IMG/VR virus record: IMGVR_UViG_3300031964_000784
Length of the DNA stretch: 29,972 nt
Reading direction: 5' to 3' (one strand)
DNA from: a virus
The notes beneath the pieces were generated by a model, which made no database searches, was not told where the DNA came from, and was given only the letters and a program-made list of their open reading frames with translations. Below, piece after piece: positions 8,552 through 16,079 of this stretch. The first letter of the stretch is position 1. Each line of letters opens with the position of its first letter. The translations under genes and the position numbers were made by a program.

Positions 8552-11275
8552 ATGAGTCAAGTTAAGCAGACCTGTAGCGTTACAAGCGGCAGCGCGACGG
8601 TGGTTATTCCTGGCGTAAATCTTACGTCGAGAATTCACCAAAACTCCATTTTCATGGTGGTGGGCGTCCTGACACCCTACACGGTGGCGATTGACTCGAC
8701 ATTCGACGGCAGCAACACCATCGTCACGCTGACCGGCAACTATGTCGGCACCACGAACCCATCGCAGGCGTGCGTCTTCGTCGTTGATTTCACGTACCCG
8801 GACAACTTGCCTCTGCTTTCGCAGGGTGACGTGGGTACGGCGGCGATTTACAACGCTTCGATGCATGCGCTTCAGATCATGATGACCGATGCATCGCCGA
8901 CAGGCTTTGCACAGAATGCGGCCAACGTGGCAATCGTAACGGCAGCGGTCGCAACCATTGCAGCGGATATGGCCTCGGCAACCACGGCATCGACGACAGC
9001 GACGACTGAGGCGACAAGCGCCACAAATAGCGCCACGGCAGCATCCGGCTCCGCTACCGCAGCGGCCACCAGCGCGACCAGCTCCGCTACTTCCGCCACG
9101 AATGCGGCAGGCTCGGCAACGGCAGCGGCGACATCGGCAACAGCACTGACGGCGGGCTTGGCGTCATTCAACGCAAGATGGCTTGGTAGCCAAGCCACCA
9201 ACCCAACGCTGGATTTGAACGGTGCCCCTGTAGCGGTGGGTGCAGAATACTGGAATTCGACGAACCAAATCCTGATGATCTACACGGCAACAGGATGGCA
9301 GGCGAATGATGCGGCAGCGGTCGCGCAGAACACAGCAGCAACGCTGTCTGCGACTCAGGCGGCAGCTTCAGCGTCGTCGGCAGCCACATCGGCAACAACG
9401 GCGACCAATGAAGCCGCGACCGCCGCGACCGAGGCGGGCATCGCTACTACCCAGGCGACAAACGCGGCGACAAGCGCAACCTCCGCTGCTAATTCGGCCA
9501 CGACAGCGACCAGTGAAGCAGGCGTGGCGACGGCGCAGGCTGGTGTTGCAACGGCGCAGGCCACGAACGCAAGCGGCAGCGCCACAGCCGCAGCAGGTAG
9601 TGCCAATTCTGCCGCCAGCTCCGCTACAACGGCAACTAATCAAGCGACGACGGCCACGAATCAAGCCGCCATTGCCACTTCCGAAGCCAGCACCGCAACA
9701 ACACAAGCGACCACGGCAACCACTCAGGCGACAAATGCGGCTGGTAGCGCAACGGCGGCCGCTGCATCGGCTACAAACGCAAGCGGCAGCGCAACATCGG
9801 CGGCGGGATCGGCAAGCGCAGCAGGCAGTTCCGCCGTAAATGCTGCCGTCAGCGCCACCACAGCCACCACACAAGCGACCAGCTCCGCCACAAGCGCAAT
9901 GTCAGCAGCTCAAAGTGCGGCCCAGGCTGCCGAGTCGGCGCAACAGGCGACGGTAGGGCAGATCAATTCTGACTGGAATGCCACAAGCGGCACTGCCGAG
10001 ATCCTGAACAAGCCGACGTTCGCCACAGTTGCAACCTCCGGTTCCTATACCGATCTGACAAACACCCCAACCGTCACAGCGGCGGGAATTGGCCTGGGTA
10101 ACGTCAACAACACGAGTGACGCCAATAAGCCCGTGTCGACGGCACAAGCTGCCGCTGATGCCGTAGTGCTTGCGTCGGCAGAGGCTTACGCGAACTCTAT
10201 CGTTGTCGGCATGTGGAACGACTGCGGATCTTTTAATGCCTCTGTCAACACCTACCCGACCACGGGCGGCACAGGAACGTCCGGGGCCATTGTGAGAGGC
10301 GATATCTGGACAATTGGCACGGTTGCGACAGCGGGGCCGCTAAATGGCGACGCGATTGGCACGACTGTTCGCGCCCTGGCGAACGCTCCTGGGCAGACTG
10401 CCGCAAATTGGGCCGTTGCTGAAGTTGGGCTGGGGTATGTGCCATACAACTCCACAAATCCGGCCGGCTACATCACTTCGACAGCAAATATCACCGGCAC
10501 TTCCTCGAATATCACCGGAATCGCAGCGCCCGCAAATGGCGGCACTGGCGTCAACAACGGCTCTAATACGCTTACAGTTGGAGGCAATATTGCCTTCAAT
10601 GGCGCGTTCGCGACGAATATCACCGCTACCGGCCCGACGAATGTCACGCTGCCGACATCGGGAACGCTTCTCAGCACGGCGTCGGCTATCGGGACGTTTC
10701 CAACGCTTAATCAAAGCACGACAGGCAACGCGGCAACAGCCACAAACATGCCCTGGAGCGGCCTGACCGGAACGGTGCCAACATTTAACCAAAGCACGAC
10801 AGGCAACGCCGCAACGGCGACACTGGCGAGCGGACTTGTGGCAAGTGCGATACTCACGACACCAACCCTTGCGGTCACGCCAGCGACATCCGATAACTCG
10901 CTCAGTGTCGCCGATACCGCGTTTGTCAAGGCAGCAATAACGTCCGCGCTATCCAACGTGACGACGACCTGGACTTACGTTAACGCGGCAACAGTGACAG
11001 CGGCCGGCGGCACCTATATGGCCGTCGCTGGCGGCGCGTACGACATCGACACCAGCACTGGCCCCGTAACCATCACCTTGCCGACGCTCACTGCCAATCA
11101 AACGGTAGCGTGGCGCGACTACGCTGGAACCTTCGCTAACCCCACCGGCAACGCGACAATCGCCCTTAACGGCAACAAGGTCAACGGATCAACAGTCAAC
11201 TTGATTAGCGATATCAATTATGAAACACGTCAGCTCACTTGGACTGACGCTAACGTGGGATGCCTTATAGCATGA
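8552..11275 (+). CDS. Side tail fibre protein (Ala/Thr-rich shaft, C-terminal T4 gp9/gp10-like module)
   Basis: ATG 8552 after GGTGGA; Stf-like A/T/S repeats; fibre motifs SDWNATSG.AEILNKP, GLGNVNNTSDANKPVSTAQ, SDNS..VADTAFV. Confidence 0.82.
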   Translation: MSQVKQTCSVTSGSATVVIPGVNLTSRIHQNSIFMVVGVLTPYTVAIDSTFDGSNTIVTLTGNYVGTTNPSQACVFVVDFTYPDNLPLLSQGDVGTAAIYNASMHALQIMMTDASPTGFAQNAANVAIVTAAVATIAADMASATTASTTATTEATSATNSATAASGSATAAATSATSSATSATNAAGSATAAATSATALTAGLASFNARWLGSQATNPTLDLNGAPVAVGAEYWNSTNQILMIYTATGWQANDAAAVAQNTAATLSATQAAASASSAATSATTATNEAATAATEAGIATTQATNAATSATSAANSATTATSEAGVATAQAGVATAQATNASGSATAAAGSANSAASSATTATNQATTATNQAAIATSEASTATTQATTATTQATNAAGSATAAAASATNASGSATSAAGSASAAGSSAVNAAVSATTATTQATSSATSAMSAAQSAAQAAESAQQATVGQINSDWNATSGTAEILNKPTFATVATSGSYTDLTNTPTVTAAGIGLGNVNNTSDANKPVSTAQAAADAVVLASAEAYANSIVVGMWNDCGSFNASVNTYPTTGGTGTSGAIVRGDIWTIGTVATAGPLNGDAIGTTVRALANAPGQTAANWAVAEVGLGYVPYNSTNPAGYITSTANITGTSSNITGIAAPANGGTGVNNGSNTLTVGGNIAFNGAFATNITATGPTNVTLPTSGTLLSTASAIGTFPTLNQSTTGNAATATNMPWSGLTGTVPTFNQSTTGNAATATLASGLVASAILTTPTLAVTPATSDNSLSVADTAFVKAAITSALSNVTTTWTYVNAATVTAAGGTYMAVAGGAYDIDTSTGPVTITLPTLTANQTVAWRDYAGTFANPTGNATIALNGNKVNGSTVNLISDINYETRQLTWTDANVGCLIA

Positions 11276-13365
11276 GAACAAGTCAACTTTTTAACTCGCA
11301 GAACACACTCCTATCGTTTGTCAACACCGGGTTCCGCACAATTCAGCCTGGGGATAAAGTGTTGCTGGGGTATGACGGAAATGTCAGCGCGCCGCTGTAC
11401 AGAGCGAATTTCCCCGTGACGAACACGACCTCTGGCAACACCTATTTGAAGAATTCTAATAATGCCTCGGCAATGGCAGGATACGGCAAGATAGAATTCC
11501 CCGGCACCGGCTCCGACACCAACCGCGATTTTGTCTACGACACGGAGACTGACTCTCTGTATGGATACCTCGACGGCTCTGCCGGCAATAATGCATGGCC
11601 CTTCTGGACACGGATCAGCAGGACAAATGGGAATCTAAATTACACCAATTTTTCTGTCGCAACACCTTTGCCGTACCAAGTAATGCCATCACAGCCCGTA
11701 AAGATTTTTGATAATAGTGGCGCAAACGATGTTTGGATGACACTTGTAACTTACAACTCTATCGTTTACGCCGTAATGTGTAACGGCTCGACGGGAGCGG
11801 TCATTGGTGGCGAAACCGAAGTATCTGGAACAATCACGACCTCGTACAGCATCGCTTTCGTAAAAGTGCAAAACGGATACGGGGTAATCGCTGGCGAGAC
11901 TGTCGGAGGACTTCAGGCGGTATCTGTTACTTCGGCAGGCGCGCTAACGGTAGGAACCAACCAGCCTGTTGCAACGCTGGGCATTACTGCGGGAGGAGCA
12001 GTTGCAAATATCGATCTTATCCCGCTTGGAAACACTGGAACCTTCTTGTATTTCCGCTCGGATATCGGCACTTACGGCACGCTGTATGTTGTTACCCTGA
12101 ACACATCGGGACTTACCTTTACGATCAATGCCACGTATGCCTTGACTGCTGCGCAGGCAAATTTCACCGGGCGCTCTGGATCTGGTTTCATGCTGTCGCC
12201 TTTGAACTCAAGCAATCAGATTGTTTTGTACCAATACTCTGCTGGAAGCCCCAGCGGAGCAATTGCTGGCGCACTCACTCTGCTGACCTACGTTCCTGGC
12301 ACAAAGACACTGACGATAGGCAATGTGGTTCCAATTCTCGGACCGAACAACACCTTTGTTAATACGCCCACCCCCTCGGCTCCTCTGTCTCGCTGTGGAA
12401 CTGGCTCGCACACGTATTACGATGGTTACAATTTTTACTACATCGAGGCAAACTGTCACCTTAAGATTCCTTTTACAGGGGCGGCTATCACCTCCGGGGG
12501 GATCGTCGCATACTCCAAGGCGTACTCGCCGATAGGTGGAATTAATAATGCGGCGATTGGCTGGGCCTACGCATCAAACAATGCGCCGGTCGGTATCACA
12601 TATATCCCTATGTTCTTCCCAACTACAGCGTCCTCCACCTCCGGTTATGCATCAGGTTATTGGACTACTGCGGAAGAGTCACTAGATAACACCTTTGCGT
12701 ATGGCGTTGAAATAGGAATCGCGACGACAGGCGCAGCAAAGGGCGCTTCTGTGACTGTCGCAGTAAGTAACGCAAAGCTATCAAGCGCACTCGGCACCAC
12801 AGGAACGGTCGGCGCATTATGCGAGAATGGGGCCGCAATATACGTTACGCCAACGCAGCTTTATGCGGTTGCCGATTTCGACTTGGCATATCCGCGTCTC
12901 CCTAGTCAACTAGCTACGGCAGCGCCAAACGCCAGCGTAGCAGACGGCTCCTTAACCTACGCGAGTGGGGCACCCGCCTATAAAAGTCCGCCTTTAAATT
13001 ACGGGCCAATCTGGAATGGGTTGCAAAACCTCTCTGCCACCAAATTGGAGAATGGCAGGCAGTCAATTTTCACGATGAGTTACCCAAACGTCGCATATAC
13101 AACTGTTGGAGCCTCTGGCTCCGATGCATCGATGATCGCTCTTTTGATGAGCTTTGATGGCATCTTTATGCCGCAGGCCGGGTATCTCATTCAAGGAGGA
13201 GGGAGTGCATCCTACGTTGTCGGAAATTTTGACTTTATCGATGCTGTGTATGCGCTTAACCGCTCTGGAAATTGGTCTTTCCGCAATGAATTCGGCATCA
13301 ATCGATACGACAATATTGAAACTTCTGCCTACTATACGCAGCTTCGCTACCAGACAAAGGATTAA
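11272..13365 (+). CDS. Putative secondary receptor-binding / virion protein
   Basis: ATG 11272 overlaps the fibre stop (ATGA); about 697 aa, beta-rich, G/S/T/N/Y-rich; DNA visibly AT-richer than flanks. Confidence 0.6.
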   Translation: MRTSQLFNSQNTLLSFVNTGFRTIQPGDKVLLGYDGNVSAPLYRANFPVTNTTSGNTYLKNSNNASAMAGYGKIEFPGTGSDTNRDFVYDTETDSLYGYLDGSAGNNAWPFWTRISRTNGNLNYTNFSVATPLPYQVMPSQPVKIFDNSGANDVWMTLVTYNSIVYAVMCNGSTGAVIGGETEVSGTITTSYSIAFVKVQNGYGVIAGETVGGLQAVSVTSAGALTVGTNQPVATLGITAGGAVANIDLIPLGNTGTFLYFRSDIGTYGTLYVVTLNTSGLTFTINATYALTAAQANFTGRSGSGFMLSPLNSSNQIVLYQYSAGSPSGAIAGALTLLTYVPGTKTLTIGNVVPILGPNNTFVNTPTPSAPLSRCGTGSHTYYDGYNFYYIEANCHLKIPFTGAAITSGGIVAYSKAYSPIGGINNAAIGWAYASNNAPVGITYIPMFFPTTASSTSGYASGYWTTAEESLDNTFAYGVEIGIATTGAAKGASVTVAVSNAKLSSALGTTGTVGALCENGAAIYVTPTQLYAVADFDLAYPRLPSQLATAAPNASVADGSLTYASGAPAYKSPPLNYGPIWNGLQNLSATKLENGRQSIFTMSYPNVAYTTVGASGSDASMIALLMSFDGIFMPQAGYLIQGGGSASYVVGNFDFIDAVYALNRSGNWSFRNEFGINRYDNIETSAYYTQLRYQTKD

Positions 13366-13367
13366 TC

Positions 13368-13733
13368 ATGTTCGCAACAACCGACCCACCGGCATACGCT
13401 GCCCCACCAGCGCCAGTACCGCCAGCATACCTCTGGTATATGGACGTTGGTGATTTCTTTGACCGCTTCGGCAACTTGCAATTGGCAGTCTTGATGAACA
13501 CCGATCCGGCAGCGCAGGCGATGATCAAAAACATCACCGCGCGAAAGTGGGTGGATCTTCAGAGGGCGGACACGATCGCCGCTGTGAATTACCTGGCGGG
13601 CGTTGCTTTGCCTGGCGTTGGGACGATCACGGTTCCAATTTCGGGCATGACAACAGACCTTGCCAATACAATCCTTACAACGCAGCCAACCGCCACCGAA
13701 CAGCTTACCACCGTCAAGCTATATTTTTCTTAA
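13368..13733 (+). CDS. Hypothetical protein, possible fibre assembly chaperone
   Basis: 121 aa after the RBP gene; SD AAGGA; FFDRF..WVDLQRADT pattern seen in small post-fibre genes. Confidence 0.5.
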   Translation: MFATTDPPAYAAPPAPVPPAYLWYMDVGDFFDRFGNLQLAVLMNTDPAAQAMIKNITARKWVDLQRADTIAAVNYLAGVALPGVGTITVPISGMTTDLANTILTTQPTATEQLTTVKLYFS

Positions 13734-13747
13734 CACTGGAGGAAACA

Positions 13748-14140
13748 ATGAGTCAATTCTTAAACAAATTGCGAGTGGAGTTGGTCGATGACATCACCGA
13801 TGGGACGTGGAGCGTGCTTGAGGCGTTCTCCTACCAATCTGACGTGGCCGCACAAACCTTTACCGTGCCAGTCGGCTTCGAGACGGACTTCTGCTCGGTG
13901 CCGCGCATTCCTGGTGTGTTCGACATCCTGGGTGATCGCGCACGACGGGCCGGAACGGTGCATGACTTCCTATACACGGCCCACCCTGTAGACCGGGAAA
14001 CTGCCGACAAGGTACTGAAGGAAATGGTTCTACTATGCGGCGTGGATGAAGTTGAAGCTGAAGCGTTCTACGCGGCAGTGAGGTTGGGCGGCGCATCTCA
14101 CTGGACGCCAAATTTGTCTTCACAAATAAGTAAGCGGTGA
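13748..14140 (+). CDS. DUF1353-like phage protein
   Basis: SD GGAGG, ATG 13748; VPVGFETDFCSVPR, VHDFLY, RETADKVL, FYAAVRLGG. Confidence 0.82.
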   Translation: MSQFLNKLRVELVDDITDGTWSVLEAFSYQSDVAAQTFTVPVGFETDFCSVPRIPGVFDILGDRARRAGTVHDFLYTAHPVDRETADKVLKEMVLLCGVDEVEAEAFYAAVRLGGASHWTPNLSSQISKR

Positions 14141-14179
14141 CTTGATTAAATCAGCGGAGCCTGATAGACTTCAGGCTTC
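14127..14179 (+). promoter_or_regulatory. Candidate lysis-cassette promoter overlapped by a degenerate palindrome copy and a second inverted repeat
   Basis: TAAGTAA-GCGG-TGACTTG (14127-44); TTGATT (14142-47), 17 bp, TAGACT (14165-70); GGAGCCTGA/TCAGGCTTC arms flank the -10. Confidence 0.6.
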
Positions 14180-14241
14180 TGTACCTTTGCGAGCGAGTGA
14201 CGAAGGAATGACATGGACAACCAGGATCACAAGGAACCGAA

Positions 14242-14598
14242 ATGCCTCCTGACCACTCGCTTGAATCGCAGATGAAGCAGATGCAACAGGACATTCGCGA
14301 CATGCGCGACAGCATGAAGCTGGTTGCGGAAGCAATCACTCGCCTGGCCGTGCTGGAAGAAAGGCATGCCAATACTGCGGAAACCATCAAGCGCCATGAC
14401 GTCGCCATTGGTGCGCTCGAAGAACGTGAGCGCGCAACCGAGCTGAAGCAGGCTGCGAACATCGGCAAAGAGGCTGGAGCCAACCACACGATGAAAGTCG
14501 TCTGGTCAATTGTCGGTGGCGTGGTCACCTTTATAGCAACTCAAATTTTCACGTCCCTATTCGCGGCTCATGGCGTGACAGCTACACCGCCGCACTAA
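14242..14598 (+). CDS. Lysis-cassette membrane protein (coiled coil plus one C-terminal TM; holin/XhlA-like)
   Basis: SD AAGGA; ITRLAVLEER coiled coil; hydrophobic VVWSIVGGVVTFIATQIF; directly upstream of the endolysin. Confidence 0.6.
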   Translation: MPPDHSLESQMKQMQQDIRDMRDSMKLVAEAITRLAVLEERHANTAETIKRHDVAIGALEERERATELKQAANIGKEAGANHTMKVVWSIVGGVVTFIATQIFTSLFAAHGVTATPPH

Positions 14599-14610
14599 CC
14601 AGGAGAAACC

Positions 14611-15138
14611 ATGTTTTTTGGATTCACACACCACGCCGACGTTGTTTTGGTCGAAAAACCAGACTTCCACGTCGCAATCAACCGTCTGCTCGGCAATGAA
14701 GGCGGCTATGTCGACGACCCGCATGACCCAGGCGGCGAAACCAATTGGGGCATCAGCAAGCGCAGCTACCCGACCGTTGACATCAAGGAACTGACTCGCG
14801 AACAGGCAATTGCGCTCTACAAGCGCGACTTTTGGGACGCAGCGCGTCTGGACGAACAAGCGTTCGGCGTCGGCTTCCAGATGCTCGACTTCGCGGTCAA
14901 CTCCGGCATCAGCACAGCAATTCGCGCTTTGCAGCGCGCAGTTGGATGCGCAGACGACGGCCATATCGGCCCCGTCACCCTGGCTGCGGTCAAAGCGATG
15001 GCGGCGCACGATTTCATTATGCGCTTCCTGGCTGAACGTCTGGTCTTCATGACCGGATGTAAGAATTGGGATCATGCTGGCAAGGGGTGGGCGCGACGTA
15101 TTGCGGCAGACCTGCGTTTTGGCGCACAAGATAACTAA
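14611..15138 (+). CDS. Endolysin, glycoside hydrolase family 108 with C-terminal peptidoglycan-binding region
   Basis: EGGYVDDPHDPGGETNWGI, YKRDFW, DFAVNSG, DGHIGPVTL, KGWARR. Confidence 0.93.
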   Translation: MFFGFTHHADVVLVEKPDFHVAINRLLGNEGGYVDDPHDPGGETNWGISKRSYPTVDIKELTREQAIALYKRDFWDAARLDEQAFGVGFQMLDFAVNSGISTAIRALQRAVGCADDGHIGPVTLAAVKAMAAHDFIMRFLAERLVFMTGCKNWDHAGKGWARRIAADLRFGAQDN

Positions 15139-15153
15139 GTCACCGATGAGGTA
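15136..15153. promoter_or_regulatory. Degenerate palindrome copy spanning the endolysin stop and the next SD
   Basis: TAAGTCA-CCGA-TGAGGTA. Confidence 0.5.
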
Positions 15154-15156
15154 AAT

Positions 15157-15588
15157 ATGGAAAAAGTAATGGATTTACTCTCGTTGTTCCGTAAGGGCAA
15201 CGAGGTTGCGAACCCTGAAGCCTGGCACGACGGCGGTAACGCTGCCGCCTTGTTGGCGACGGTACTGACTGCTTTGGTGAAGGTTGCGGGAGATTTTGGC
15301 TATGGTATTAAATTGGACACCCCCACCGCCATCGCAATTGCTTCTGGCATCGTTGCTGTTGTGCATGTCGTGCTTAACAACATCACGAGCAAGAGCGGAG
15401 GATTATTGCCATCCAAAGGAGGCGACGCCGCTCCAGAGAGCGATCCGATCGTCCGCCAAGGAGTGCCAGCCGAAGTTGATCTCCCTAGCGACACTGAAGA
15501 GCGCACTGACACCGAAAGTAGGGTGCGGCATATCGGTCAAGCCGGAGTTCAGGACGACGCAGAGGGAGGAAACGCCTACTTCGGTTGA
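15157..15588 (+). CDS. Putative holin-like two-TM membrane protein
   Basis: SD GAGG; two hydrophobic segments (AAALLATVLTALVKV; TAIAIASGIVAVVHVVL); acidic tail; lies in the lysis cassette. Confidence 0.55.
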   Translation: MEKVMDLLSLFRKGNEVANPEAWHDGGNAAALLATVLTALVKVAGDFGYGIKLDTPTAIAIASGIVAVVHVVLNNITSKSGGLLPSKGGDAAPESDPIVRQGVPAEVDLPSDTEERTDTESRVRHIGQAGVQDDAEGGNAYFG

Positions 15589-15685
15589 GTCGCCAAACAA
15601 CACAACCGAAACGCCGGAACAAATAGCAGCAAATATCCTGACCTCGATTGATGGGGTCATTTTTGAAGTGAAATGTATCAACTGA
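15302..15685 (+). CDS. Candidate overlapping (+1 frame) exported protein
   Basis: GGAG 9 nt before ATG 15302; hydrophobic LLLASLLLCMSCL then ARA|ED; fills the gap 15588-15697. Confidence 0.4.
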   Translation: MVLNWTPPPPSQLLLASLLLCMSCLTTSRARAEDYCHPKEATPLQRAIRSSAKECQPKLISLATLKSALTPKVGCGISVKPEFRTTQREETPTSVESPNNTTETPEQIAANILTSIDGVIFEVKCIN

Positions 15686-15696
15686 AAGGAAATACC

Positions 15697-16002
15697 ATGT
15701 TTAATTTTAGCGCAGCAGTATCGACAGTTGAAGGTGTCGCAGGCTTAATCCCTGCCGGTATCTCGCTGATTAACTCCATCGAGACAAGCCTCGGCCCGAA
15801 CGCGCCAGCCGACACCAAGCTGAACTTGGTCAAAGCTGGCTTGAATTCGGTCTACACGCAGTTCGGCAATGCTGAAGTGGCATTTGAATCGGTCTGGCCG
15901 CATGTCAGCGCCGTGATTGCCGCTTACCAGGCGACTGGCCTGGCTGGCGTTGTTGCCGCAACCACACCGGCTCCAGCAACACCGGTTCCTGCTGCGGCGT
16001 AA
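15697..16002 (+). CDS. Hypothetical protein, last gene before the terminator
   Basis: SD AAAGGA, ATG 15697; 101 aa with amphipathic-helix character. Confidence 0.65.
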   Translation: MFNFSAAVSTVEGVAGLIPAGISLINSIETSLGPNAPADTKLNLVKAGLNSVYTQFGNAEVAFESVWPHVSAVIAAYQATGLAGVVAATTPAPATPVPAAA

Positions 16003-16006
16003 TTGA

Positions 16007-16024
16007 TAAGTCACACATGACTTA
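16007..16024. promoter_or_regulatory. Perfect operator-like palindrome
   Basis: TAAGTCA-CACA-TGACTTA. Confidence 0.7.
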
Positions 16025-16027
16025 GAC

Positions 16028-16058
16028 AAAGGCAGGCTCCTTCGAGTCTGCCTTTTTT
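16028..16058 (+). terminator. Rho-independent terminator ending the tail/lysis unit
   Basis: AAAGGCAGGCTC-CTTC-GAGTCTGCC-TTTTTT. Confidence 0.85.
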
Positions 16059-16079
16059 ATCGACCAAATTTCCGCTTAT

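Noticed and set aside
8870-9960. Long antisense and alternative-frame ORFs over Ala/Thr-rich regions (also 604-987 and 6729-7298)
   Set aside because: Shadow ORFs of low-complexity GCN/ACN codon runs
10700-10825. Direct repeat CAAAGCACGACAGGCAACGC as a shufflon or DGR repeat
   Set aside because: In-frame 78-bp-spaced duplication of a fibre peptide; not inverted, no adenine-specific variation, no reverse transcriptase in the window
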